The notes under the pieces were generated by a model. That model was not told where the DNA came from and made no database searches. It was given only the letters and a program-made list of their open reading frames with translations. From positions 30,442,001-30,506,000 of the forward strand of contig OX597824.1 in assembly GCA_951406725.2 (NCBI GenBank): DNA of 64,000 bases, in the 5' to 3' direction. This document shows, in pieces, positions 1 to 12,822 of this stretch. Made by a program: the position numbers and the translations under genes. Source of the DNA: Octopus vulgaris. Its lineage: Eukaryota. How positions within the stretch are numbered: position 1 is the first letter of the stretch; the number at the start of each line of letters is the position of its first letter.

Positions 1-249
1 AATGAGAACATACACATGTGACAGCCTCTCTTTCTTTGAGTTGAAGTATTTTTCAGAATTAAAACTAGCCACTAACAAAGTATTTTTTTTAACCTAGTAT
101 CAAGACAGTTCAAGGGGTTTATGAATTATTGGTGAATTATTGGGTGAATTTGCTTATGTATGTGCATATCTGGTTATACTTACAGACATGCAATGATGTG
201 AGGGTTGTTTTGCAAAAACATTTGCTCGTATGATTACTATTTATGTTTG

Positions 250-2290
250 TATGCTATATGTTCACATGATTGTATGTGTTCACTCCAGGAAACCCAAAAG
301 GAGAATCGTTCCTTGAATGTTTTAGAAATTACATTGTACTACTTGTGAAGTGGATCTGATCAGTTTACTTTGCCCTTTCTTTGAAAATCCAAGCGTTTCC
401 AAGTTTTTATACAAATCAGTTATTACACAGCTCAGTGCACCATTGATAGCTATAAATGAAGATCTATAGCAAAGGATTCTGGTTACTTATCAGTTCAGAG
501 TAGTTATTCTCTTTTACCCCAATTTTAGATGAGACATTCATATTCACTAGGCAGCTGGCCTCTACAATATCAGGTCTATTGCATTTGCATTAGATTGCAA
601 TTTTTATTGAAATGTTCCACCAGTATTCCTTATTTTTAACAATGTGGAAATATTCAGATTCTGTATCTAGTGTACCTTTGCTATGCTTGTCAGGGTAATC
701 CTTCCTGATGATAGCATTGTAATTGGATTTTGACAACAATGTCAAGTATTACAAGAAGGTAGTATTTTATGGATATTTTGGAACAGCTGATGATGATGTG
801 GTTGGTACTTTTTTCTATGCCTTTATGGTGCAGTTAACATTTTCTGTCAAAGTGTGGTTTAGATTTAGAGTTATCTTCATCTCTCTTACTGAGAGATATT
901 TAATAGTTATTTATTGTTCTGTAAAAACTAAGATTTATCCTTCATGGTAGGATGTGATATCTTGATTACATCTCACCAAGGATACATTTTTGCTACTCTT
1001 CCTGTCAATGATGTTGGTATCTTTTATCTATGTACCAAGGCAAAACTTTCTGCTAATATAATAAATGCTTCTCTTCCAAATTTCTGCTCAAGTTAATCCC
1101 ACTATCTTTTGTTCACAGGAATAGTGCTACACTTAGCACTGTGTTTAAAAGTGCATAGGAGTTTCTCACCCACTTTCTAGTTGTTATTATTTTCACTGTT
1201 CAGTAGATATGTTGTACTAATTTCTACCTTTACTGTTCAGTAAGTGTTCTCAAAGCCTATCTAAACTGTCTTTATTCTTCAGTCATCATAGATCCTGTCA
1301 GTGACACTGTCAATATGGAAGCTACAAGATATGGTTAATATTTTCCTTTTTATAGTCTTCGTGTCCTTGATGTAAATATTCTCTAGCATTCAGGCAAGTA
1401 GCCCAAATGTCAGCACTGGCACTGAATGAGCATGGGATATGGTCTTACAGAATGCGAATAGCTCTGATTCTCATATCTTTCTAAGTCTGTTGATGTTTTT
1501 TGTTGTTATTCTTGTTTTACTCACAGCACTAACACATGCAACATTCTTCTCAATTTGAAGATACTAATAGCATTCATAATTGACAATAGGATTGATAAAA
1601 TTCCATTGATATCTGTATTCCTTGTCTGGTCAACAATTTTTCCTCAATTAACTATGAAATATAAACACTTATCCTAATAAAATCTTATGAGAATGTTGTG
1701 ATAAAAACCAAATTTCTCTTGCTGTCAAAAATATTACTTGAAATATTACATCCTGTTGATGATTATGAACAAAAAAATTGTTGGAGACAATTCTTCTCTC
1801 CTCTACAAATCTGAACATGCAGCTTTTGCATTTCTGCAACAAGGTTGACAAGAGATTCACTGTCAAGATGAAAACTATTACAGATGAGCTGTCACCTTGT
1901 TGATAATCCCAATTTTGTTTGTGACTATAGTAGTATCTTCAGTTCTTATTAATAACTGTGTGGACCATGTTGTTGTCTTTTAAAGGTATCAACTCTAACA
2001 GAAGGCATAGTGAAACTAGGATCCGCAGTAAGAGATAGAATCAAATGCTTTCTTTCTTTATATAGACCACACAGTCAGTAGACTTTAACAATGTTGTTTC
2101 ACTTTCTTAAGGAGTACTTTATAGATGAAGAGCTGTTCAGTACAGCCCCACACTAGTTTCTTTCCTCTTGCCTACTCATCAGTTATGTTCATTTCACTTT
2201 ACTCTTTGAGAAATACACTCAAGTAAACCATGTACAGTTTACAAATAACAATTAAACTATGGGCCCTTAGTTTTTGGTTTGAGATATTTC
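250..2290 (-). mobile_element. Degenerate R4/Dong-type (RLE) non-LTR retrotransposon, RT to endonuclease
   Basis: Manual minus-strand translation gives ordered motifs with stops and frameshifts: GKKLVWGCTEQLFI (~2150), KAFDSI (~2045), QQGDSSSVIVFILTVNLLS (~1860-1900), RLRKI*ESELFAFCKTISH..VPVLTFG (~1410-1495), ITSYHEG (~950), CCHC-like RKC*LHH..NHIIISCSKI (~775-845), EYWWNISIK..NRPDIV (~565-630, RLE PD motif). Boundaries approximate. Confidence 0.85.
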
Positions 2291-3091
2291 ATGGTTGCAT
2301 GAAAAACATTTAAGAAGTTTTTTTTCAAGCAAATCAAGTTCAGTTTCTATTGTTCTTTTTGAACAAGCTGACAGCTTCTCTTCAAAACAAGAGCTTCTGA
2401 AAATCCAATATCCTGACTGATATTTTAAGGCTTGATGTGCTATTTATAAGCTTGCATCACATACTTTAATCAGTATTGGGTTTTTGAAATTATACATACC
2501 AGAGTTCTAGATGTTTGACAAGAGACTTGGTCTGAAATAAGTTGTGCCAAAAATTAGCTAATTACACCATAGAGGAGCCATTTCAGCCATTTAAAAACAT
2601 TCAACATTTCATTTATTTCATGACATGTCAACAAAACTGCATCATAAACTTCAACATCTCAAGAAATGAACGAAATGAACGAAACATTTCTTCTTAAATA
2701 CTTAAAATGGTTCTTCCCTGATGTGACTGCTGAAATTTTACATTTCAAAAATTAGAATCTATTAGGCTTCTGAAGTTAAAATAACCAAGTAGTCCTCAAA
2801 TTACAAATATAAATTACAATACCCCACTATCTACGAAAGTAGAAAAAAAAAAGTTTCTACAGACAATAACATTTTTAAAAATAAGAGGATAAATGAAAAG
2901 TAGTAAGACACTCATTCAAAAAGGTCAACACAATATTTTGATAACTGTCAAAACTTTATATACATAGCACCTATATTTGTGGTATATAGCCAAATCACCT
3001 GTCTTCAATCAAGAGTGTTTTAAAACATTTGTAGGAGTCGTGCAGTACAGACTGCACTTACAATGAGTGTACATTTTGAATGGATGAATGG

Positions 3092-3094
<3 letters not shown>

Positions 3095-3122
<28 letters not shown>
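3095..3122. repeat. (CA)n microsatellite
   Basis: Direct read. Confidence 0.95.
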
Positions 3123-3669
3123 AATTCTGATTCTTTCAACAGCCATACTTCATTCATTCATTAGCAACATCCAGAAAAGAAAAGGAAAGGAAAAAAAAGT
3201 ATGAATTAGTAGATAGAGTCTATTTAATCTGATATAAAATATGCAAGCTATTCCTACAAAAGACAAAATCTTACCAATGTTAATTAAATGTGTAAATATC
3301 TGATACGAGTTATTAAGATTATAATTTTCCCAACCATTAACTCCATATATAGATTCTTTACAGATATGAATATTTACAATATTTAAACCTACATTACATT
3401 TTGATCAGTTCAATCTCTGATCATCATCAGATGTCTAAGTATCTTTCTGGATTCAAATGAGGAATCTGTATTTTCTAAACAAAAAGTAATCATGTCCTTA
3501 GAAGCACTTTCACACATCTTCACCATCATCATTTTTCTTTTCCAACTGGGATAATTATATATCTCCCTCCAACAAAACACTTGTCCCTGTTCTCTCTATC
3601 ATACTTTAGCTTCTCATTAGCTGGTATAAAGCCAACTTCCTAAATACAATCCGTTCAGTTGAAGGGAGG

Positions 3670-3866
3670 TCTTGTGAGCTACTTGGTAATCTTACTAGTG
3701 TCAGTGCCATTAAAAGAAGTACCCAGTACAATTTGTAAAGGAAGGGCATCCAGCCACAGAAACCATTCAAAGCAAACTTTGGAGTTTGGTGTAGTCCCCT
3801 GGTTTGTCAGCTCTTGTTGAACTATCCAACCCATTCTAGCATGGAAAACAGATGTTAAATGATGAT
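3670..3866 (+). mobile_element. SINE or LINE-tail repeat ending AGCATGGAAAACAGATGTTAAATGATGAT
   Basis: Shared AGGAAGGGCATC...AGCATGGAAAA..GA(C/T)(A/G)TTAAATGAT motif with other copies at ~36030-36335 (+), ~39360-39550 (+), ~45488-45670 (-) and ~55455-55560 (-). Confidence 0.7.
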
Positions 3867-4301
3867 ATATTATCAAATTAAAACTTGTGCTTCTTACTTG
3901 TTATTCATTAGGCTTTTTTTTATATAGCTCTCTTTTAACTACAAAGGTAATTTACTCAACAGACTAAAATTAACACTATATTAAAATGGATTTATATTGG
4001 TACATGGACACCATTAATTATCAATAGTTTCAATCACATCAAAACATATAAAAGACAGCACTGATTTACAAATAGTAATTTCAAAGTAAAACAAAACTAA
4101 GACTTCTGCTTAGCATGAACCCAATATGGTAAAACAAGCCCCCCACCCCCCACCCAAAAAAAACATGCACAGGAACTGCTGCACCTCAGTTTGCATGTGC
4201 ATGTACATGTGTCCTTCAGTTTACAGACTGGTTTGTAGAAATACCAGGTTAATCAAAATCATGCAAAATGTAGGAAATATTTCTATTACTGATAATTTAA
4301 A

Positions 4302-5316
4302 TCTATATATATAAAACTGTAGTTGTGTGAGTGTCTGTCCCCTTCGATTTAGATTCCTAACTACTCCCACATTTTGCGGTGCAGTTTAACCAAATTCGGG
4401 TATCTTATAGTCGTGATTCATATCGAGCCCGTCTGGGTATTAGCGCGTGTCTACAATGAGTCTACGATTTTAAAAATAATTTAACATCATTTTTTATTCC
4501 ATTTTAATGCATATTTTTTCGTGTATCGATGGCGGCGGGGTTGGCGTCCACGCTCACACCTGCACCTGTGTTGCTTCTCCCCCTTCTTCCCTCCCTCGTG
4601 AAGCTGTGGGGAAGGAAGTGTAAGGAAATCAACGTCGTAAAGCGTTGTCAAGGAGACCAGCGTTCTTTTAGAACGACGACTTCATGGCTTGAAGACACCA
4701 AAACAGAAATGGCTAAGAAAGCTGAAACAGATCCACAAAAACGGCAATTACTGCCACACAGGGCAGGTTTCCTGTGCAAACAATTTGCACAACCGAATGT
4801 TTTAGTTGTTGCACAAATCTTTATATATAAAAGTAAGGTTGTGTGTCTGTCTCCTACGATTTAGATTCCTAACTACTCCCACATTTTGCGGTGCAGTGTA
4901 ACCAAAACCGGGAATCTTATAGTCGTGATTCATATCGAGCCCTTCTGGGTATTAGCGCACGTCTACGATGAGTCTACGATTTTAAAAAAAATTTACCATC
5001 ATTTTTTATTCCATTTTAATGTATTTTTCGCTATTATATAAGGGAAGTAACTCTCTAAAAATGTCTACGATGAGACGATTAAAAAAAAAAAATTACCATA
5101 ATTTTTTATTCCATTTTAATGCATTTTTCGCTATTATATAAGGGAAGTAACTCTCTAAAAATGTCTACGATGAGTCAACGATTTAAAAAAAAAATTACCA
5201 TCATTTTTTATTCCATTTTTAATGCATTTTTTGCTATTTTTTTGCTATAAATCACTAAAAATGCTTATATAGTTATTTCCCTTACAAACCCGAGCAACGC
5301 CGGGCGATACTGCTAG
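4302..5316 (+). mobile_element. Non-autonomous Helitron-like element (composite)
   Basis: Starts TCTATATATATAAAA after a host A; ends with hairpin CCCGAGCAACGCCGGG and CTAG before a host T; no TSD; second 5'-end copy at 4818; CpG-rich relative to flanks. Confidence 0.85.
4961..5260 (+). repeat. ~100-bp tandem repeat (about 3 units) inside the Helitron
   Basis: GTCTACGATGAG recurs at ~4961, ~5063 and ~5163 with shared following sequence. Confidence 0.9.
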
Positions 5317-7322
5317 TTAAATATAAAACACAAAACTGAAACAATTATCCATTGAATGGAGATAAATATAGTCATTGTGTATATACATATTAGTTGTTTC
5401 CCATTTATCAAAAATACTAGAGTTTTTTCTATTGTTTCTCTCATATTATGATATATGTATTGGGTGTTATAAAGTTATTGAAGTTCCAGTAATTATACTT
5501 GCTATAATTTTTTTTTGCTTCATTCCTTTTAAGTGTTCAAACATTTATGCTATTTATATGAAACTATTCTGCAGTCAATTGACTTAACATATCAAATTTC
5601 ATTTCTAGAGAAATTTATTTTCTTGATATTTGAAACTATTATTCAATCTAAAAAATATTTACAAAATATAAAAACATAATTCTAACTTGGGTGTTAGCTT
5701 ACAGTCTGATCTATCTCACTAATGAAGAAGAGAAATAAAATTAAATTAAAATGGAAACAAAAATCTGAAATGGCAGAAGCAACAAAAGTCATATTTCTGT
5801 AGATGTAAAGTGAGAGGTGAGGAGAAACAAAAGTTTATCAAAACTATACAAACAAAGTGGAGTGTAATTCAAAGTACAACAGTGTATAGCACATGAAGCA
5901 ATACCGATCAAAATAAAGAACATAAAAGAATGCTTCCAAAGAACACTAGAACATAAAAAGTATTCGCTGCAAGATTTCATCTCAGAGAAAAGTCACTTTA
6001 TTTTGAATTTGTGGGTGAAAATGAGTACCACATGACTTTAGCAGAATACCAGACATGATGTTTCAGAATGATTCTGACTCTTCAGTGATACACACAAAAT
6101 CTATAGGGAGAAATTTTTCTGAGGTAAAATCCTACTCTGCAGGAACATGTTTAAAAAAACAACATAAATGTACATGTGTTTATTTTGAACCTTGATTCTT
6201 CATGTATTTATGCTAAATAACCTCCAGCATGGCAGGCCTCAGCACACACTAGCAAAAGTACTGCTTGCTGATTTCTATACAATTTTTGTATTTTTTGTAA
6301 TTTTTTTCTATACAATTTTTGTTACACACACAGACACACATACATTTCATTTTTTATGAAGTTTGCTACAATTGGCATGAGCTTGATATGTATTGAAAAT
6401 TTAGATATTTGCAAAAATACTTTGTTGTTTCTAGTAGGAACAACTTCATCTACATTTGAACATTTCATATTGTTGCTACATTCTGTAGCAACACATTAAA
6501 AAGAAGCTATTTACTACCAACAGAAGTTAAAGCAACTCCTGTTTTGAAGCAATCTCTGTTATAAAAATTTCCTTACAGAGTAATTTGTTGTTGGTAAATT
6601 TATCATTATTTTTCTTACTAGAGTAAAAAATTCATTAAGACTATTACCTTATTAATAATAAGAGATTCAGTCAGACTTTTAAATAAATTAATGTTTATTT
6701 AACAAAGTTATCTTTGTATTTGAAAGACCTATTTCACAAGAAAACATTGAGAGGGATACATGAAAATATTAGATAAAGTGATATTCATATCTAATTCTGA
6801 TTCTTATAAGAATTTCTGGTAGTTTTCATATGACATGTTTAAAAGGGGGAAAATACTGATAGACAAAGTATTGTTTGTTGCTTAACCTATGGAAGTATAT
6901 AGTTGCTCTAAGACAGTAAAAATAAATCAATTGAAGTTTTATTATACATACAATTTATGACATTGATACAAGCATTAAACTAGCATATCAAAGACATTTT
7001 TGTAAGCACAAGTCAAGCTATATAGCTATTAAAGGTGCAAATAGTAAAACAAAAAAAAAAAAGAGAATTTCAGCACAAAACACAACATAAAATTTAATAC
7101 CCTAAGCCAATGGGGAAACATTACTTTTGAGAATAAACGATACCATCCTTTGAGAGAGGGAGATTTTATATGGGTACTGGGGAGTTATTGGTGTATCTTT
7201 TAATCGCTCTAATTTCTAAAAATATTTTGAATGTGTTAATCAATTGGTAATATTAATGGTCAAAGTGTTGTTTTGATTTTTCATATATTGATGAAATGAT
7301 TTATATGCAAGTAGTCTTTTAA

Positions 7323-7530
7323 CTCTTTGGCATTTAAACCAGCTACATCTGGCAAAAACATTCTGCCTGTTTTACGTCCAAACTGGCCTGATCTGGCCTC
7401 TCACACCTACCCAACAATGTCATTCTAAAAATAAGCAATCACATGATCAAAGCTATGAAATAATGCATGATTGATCCAAAACAAAGTGAATAAATATTAC
7501 TTTTGATAGAGTAATCTGATTGCTAAAGGG
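7323..7530. mobile_element. piggyBac-like MITE
   Basis: TTAA|CTCTTTGGCA ... TGCTAAAGGG|TTAA: imperfect TIR with TTAA TSD. Confidence 0.75.
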
Positions 7531-10374
7531 TTAATGGCTATCAACTAGTCAACAACAATTTTTGTTGAATCATAACTAGAAGGTATTGAGTGTTAGTAAA
7601 AGGAAGTAGGGCAGTAGTTAAAAAAGTTTAAGACGCATTGAGCTTGCTGGTCACTTGGACTGCTAAAAACAGAAACCTAATATCCTTCACACCCTACATT
7701 AATTTCATACGATAAAAAAGGAGAACACTTTGGATAATATAATCTTAGATACACCATGTCCAAAAAATAGATGGATGGTTACAGTTGAAATGTCTTTGAA
7801 TAAAAAATGAAAGGAACATTAATGGGAGAGGCAGTAAACATTTGAACACATAAATTTAAATGCAGTGAAACTATTCACTTCAACTCTAAGCTTGTTAATT
7901 ACTTAACATAAACAGCTATGAAATATTAGAAACTATGAACCATTTAAAGAAAGACCTATATATGCCATCTACATCCTGTTTCTGTATTCTAATTAGTTGT
8001 TCAGAACACACTCACTTAAGCAATGTTCTGATGCTCTGGATAATAATCAAATGGACTTCTGAACAAAATCTAAAGTGGTTTTATGAATTCTGCTTTCAAT
8101 CTAACTTAACAGCATGTATAAACAGAATAAATAAGTTTTCAACATTAGCAGTCATTTTTAATAATCTCAAAGTCACACTTTACAAATGTAATGAATAAAG
8201 AGATTCATATAGGTCACTATACACATAACATGCTAATTGTGTCTATGAAGGATGTGTAAATGCGTCTGAAGAGGATGTATGTATGTGTCAATGAAGGATG
8301 TGTAAAAAATGTAAGAGGTGGATGAAGAGAGGGGAGGAGACATCAAAAATTTATTTAAAACTCTCAAAACTAGATTCCACAGATTTACAGAAATTCAAAA
8401 TCTTTTTTATTTTTATATCAGTATTATCAGATCTTAATTTCCATTCACAATTGTAATCCTTTTGCTTACATCACTATATCTGCAACAATCTAATTAACCC
8501 TCATGTATACTAAAGTATTTCTAGATTCTGAAGGGTAAATCAAAAATAGCTGACATAATTTTAGGAAAATTGACAATTTCTATTTCTAAGAGAGGTGACA
8601 GGAGATAGTGATGTATGTTAAATTGTGTTATAGAAGTGCTGCTATAAAGAACTTTTTTTTTTTTTTTGCTTGAAATAAATAAAGCTATCACTTCAATATT
8701 TTTAAATGCCATAACATTCTCCAATATATTACTAGACAGTATGATAGCAGTTCCTATGGATGAAACAATGGATTTATATCAGGTAGTTGTTATCAGCATC
8801 AGAGAGACTGTGAATTCAACAGATATCATAGATAGTAGTGCTAACAGTCTGCTTTCTTTAACACTACCTCTTAATCTTTCTTGAATACCTTTATCTAAGT
8901 TCATTCTGTTGTAAGTATTCAGACCAGGTAGTCAGTTCTCTCCCTACTCATTTTTTTTTTATGGTAAACAATGACTAGCAGATGTTCAGGCTGGATATTA
9001 GCCACAGCAAGCCCAGTCTGAGAGGACTTGTATAAGTCATAGTTAAAGGAAGAAGACAGTGCTTAACTTGTGAAGGGAATAAAAAATAAAACTGGTCATA
9101 CTTCAGTGGAAAATGTCAGACTTTATAAATTGAAAATGTTGTCAATACAACCATGTGTAATAAAATTAGCAAGAAAATTCAATGTCTAAACCCAGCAATA
9201 GGAAGACAGTCAAAAAGTTTGCATGTTATACTACATGAAAAGCATTGTTTAATATAATAATGTGTAAACAAGCTTTGATTTAACTTTAATTTCAGGTTAG
9301 AAATCATTTCAGTATTCCTATAAGCAAAAATGAATTTAGTATTCACTATTCACAGAAAGATTGTCACTAAAACAACTGGTAGATTATCAGTCACAAGGTC
9401 TCCTACTATTTCCTTATAAAATTAATTAACTAGTAAAAGAACTAAAAAATAAAATGTAATCTAAGTTGATTTTTAAAACACCACCTATGATTTCAAAGTA
9501 ATTGGAACCAGTTCCCATAAATTTTCTCAGACAGAGACCAAAAAATTCAAAGCGCTAATCTCTATTCTTTAGTAAAACACCTTAACTTAGTGTTCTAGAA
9601 GTATCTCAGTAAACTTTAGTGTATTAAATATCTATCATCATTCTATAAACATGAATACATTCATTATATCATTTAAAAGTGAAATTACAATTTCAGTTTT
9701 AAAAAGCATTACAATATGTAAAGTATTGATGGTATATCATAAACAATTATACTGTTGGCAACAGAGAGAAAAACAATTGCCATTTATCAAATTTTACCAT
9801 GAACATCTATCTAACCTAGAAATAGATAATGAACACAGTACTGTGAAAACTACTGATTTTGTAAAGTGACACCATTGAAACTTTTTTTATCTAGATTGAT
9901 TTGAGTATATTGTGCCAATAATATTAGTGAATTAGAAATGTTGATAAAAAGATAAAAGAAGAGTTAAAATAAGACTCAACAGTGTCAATAGAGAAAGTCT
10001 GTTTCTTAAAAGATGTAGTGCTGATGAAATTTTAATACCAATCACTTTAAATTGCCAAATCTAATGCTAGAATTTATATGACACAAGAAATTAAGTAGCT
10101 GTTGACCACTGTTTGAAGAGTAAACTTTATGCTTAGTAATGCTCTGTCTTAATTGCTAAGACACCCTCATCAACTCAGTACATGTAAATAGGTACAATGT
10201 GACAGTATAAACAATGACAGGATTGCATAATTAATTGACAAGAATTCTTCTAACTATCAAAGATGACCACAAATCCTACTATGTCTATAGTTTGAAGAGG
10301 AATGGATGTAGTCAAAAATCCTTGTTCCAAATACACTATAGAATGAGGAAGTCATTAATGATAATACACTAATA

Positions 10375-10570
10375 CTTTAGGCACAAGGACAGCAATTGTG
10401 GGAGGAAGGGAGGTAGTCAATATCATCAAGCCAAAGTATATAACTGGTACTTTATTTAACTGACCCCAGAGGGATGAAATACAAGTTGACCTCAGCGAGA
10501 TTTGAACAGAGAACATAAAGAGCTGGAAAAATACTGCGAGGCATGTTTTCCAACACTGTAAAAATTTTGC
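10375..10570 (-). mobile_element. Meta-domain-like tRNA SINE (degenerate)
   Basis: Reverse complement of the family seen at 18929-19535 (CTGGTACTTTATTT..GACCCC..GGATGAAA..AAGTTGACCTC). Confidence 0.7.
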
Positions 10571-11676
10571 ATGTAACATTGGTAATGATTTCTAAAATAA
10601 GTAGCACAAGACAACAATTTCATGTATCCAGACTTAGAACAACTTATTTTCTGCATTCTCTTTGAAATATATACCTCATGTAGCTTCTTCACAATATGAA
10701 TAAAATAATGACATTATTAGATCAAAAACCAATATGGATTTCTTCAACATATCTCTCATTTATTTGGCAAATTGCTTTAATTTGTTTCATTATTAACTCT
10801 TTAGAAACATAACTTACTGATACTTTCAGAACAAAGAAAATACAATCATTTTTAAGATAGGGATGTTATTGTTCAGCATTCAATAAAAATATTTCCCTTT
10901 AGACAAAGAAAAGTATAAATTGATCCTCAAGTGTTTTAGTACAAAACAGCAAGCCAATAAATAGATCATTTAACCATTTTGATAAGGATTGATTAGGTAA
11001 CATTCATTGAAGATAAAATAGTTGGCAAGGGGTATTTTTCAAATTTATAATCACAAAATGTTAATAAGAAACAATCCTACTCTTTTAGCACCATTGGCAT
11101 CATAAATTGTGAATAATTCTCTTACTATAAACAGTTATGGTTATGATAGTAGACCTAACACATTGCTCAACACTATTACTAGGTCCTTAGGTATCTTTAA
11201 CAGAGATCACTTTCTTGCAAGTATCCAAACTAGACTCTCAGTTCTTTCCCAACCCATGTATTTCCTAAGTCCAGGCTTGGCATCAACTGCATCAGTCTCT
11301 GGGAGAGCATGAAAAAAGTCATGGACACCGAAAAGCAAATCTTCTCTCTTAATTTAAAAAAAAAAAGTAAGTTATTAGGAAACCTAAATCACCAATTTTT
11401 GGTTTAAGAAGATATCTTAAAGGTATCTGTAGTATTGTTGATAAATGAAAGAACTACTTACGTCACTGACAATGCTGACCAATAGTAACAATTAGTGGGG
11501 GTTGCTTATGACAAAGAACAATAAAAAGAAGCAGATTCAGCTTTAAAAGAACACTACAACAGTGATGACATTAAGCAAATTATTGTAGCATTGTAGATAA
11601 GATGATCAAAGCTATTTAAGGATAGCAAGTGATTGCAGTGCTACCGTTTGATTTGTATAGTATGACACAATAATGG

Positions 11677-11761
11677 CATCACCAATAGAACCTGAACCTA
11701 TGCAGGGACACTCCAATAGATTTCCATGCATTACACAACAGTATCAACTTCAGCCACAGTG
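11677..11761 (-). pseudogene. Decayed tRNA-Ser-like sequence
   Basis: Minus strand GAAATCTATTGGAGTGTCCCTGCATAGGTTC resembles the anticodon-3'/variable arm/T arm of metazoan tRNA-Ser (GAAATCCATTGGGGTCTCCCCGCGCAGGTTC); GTGGCTGAAG resembles the 5' GTGGCCGAG; D and anticodon arms are broken. Confidence 0.45.
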
Positions 11762-12407
11762 GGAGAAATAAACTACTATTTCTCTACTCCAAGTGCACAG
11801 TACAGTGTTTGTGTGTTAGACACTGTTACCAAATACTCTCACAATTGATTGAGGCTTCAAGATATCCCAGAACTTTAAAATAAAATCTTATGATAAAAAA
11901 AATGAAAATCAATGAGTCAGCTGTGACAACAACACTAGTAAGTCCTCACCTTGAAATATGAAGCAGACTTAAAAGCAAGATGATTTAAATAGGTCTTACA
12001 ATATGTATACACACCAAAAGAAAGCTTGATGCTGTGGAATAGAGTGAGATAAAATCACTTCATAGACTTTTGTTATAAACGGAATATATATTGGAGTGAG
12101 ATGAACATCACCAGATGAATTTCATTTTAACAAGCAACAATCAGATGCATGGCAATGACAAGCCTCTACAGAGGTTAAATGTGTCTTTCATTGTTGTGAG
12201 TCACTGCAGTGATGATGTTTGTCTAGCTCCAATACGTATGTTTTTAACACAAGTCTATGAAGAGATTTTATCTCAGATAATTCCACAGCACCATGCCTTT
12301 TAATAGCATGTATACATTTAGTATGATACACAGATGGTGACTATAATTAATATTCTGAAATATACATTTCTACCCAATAAAAATTACTCTGCAATAAATC
12401 TAAATAG

Positions 12408-12571
12408 GTGCAAGCAGGATTGTATGTGGTTAAGAAGCATACTTTGCAACAATATGGTCTTGGGTTCAGTCCCACTGCACAACACTTTGAACAAGTGTCT
12501 TCTACTATAACCCCAGGCCAACCAATGCCCTGTGAGTGAATTTGATAGATGAAAACTGTGTGGAAGCCATA

Positions 12572-12622
<51 letters not shown>

Positions 12623-12822
12623 CATTCTTATACCACACCATCATGCTTGACAGCTGGTGCTGATTTGTTTACGTCCCCATAACTTAGCAGCTTGGCAAAG
12701 AGACTGATAAAGTACAACTCTTAAAAAAAAACTACTGGGGTCAATTTGCTTGACTAAATCCTCCAAGACAGTGTCTCAGCATGACTGCAGTCGTAAGACT
12801 GAAACAAGTAACAGATAAAAAA
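12408..12822 (+). mobile_element. CORE-like (octopus OR-type) tRNA SINE with internal (TG)n
   Basis: Matches the 43138-43532 copy: GGGTTCAGTCCCACTG, CAAGTGTCTTCTACTATA, (TG)n, GACTGAAACAAGTAA tail. Confidence 0.85.

Noticed and set aside
3385-3473. Minus-strand exon candidate (ENTDSSFESRKILRHLMMIRD*)
   Set aside because: Acceptor is plausible, but all frames stop quickly and there is no good donor or homology
4529-4864. 111-aa ORF as a gene
   Set aside because: Lies inside the Helitron-like element, runs across its internal junction and has no recognisable domain
8245-8305. TGAAGGATGT(G/A)TA repeated three times
   Set aside because: Short degenerate minisatellite, too few units and too short spacers to mean anything
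12347-12644. HT-repeat ORFs
   Set aside because: Antisense translation of a SINE and its (TG)n tract
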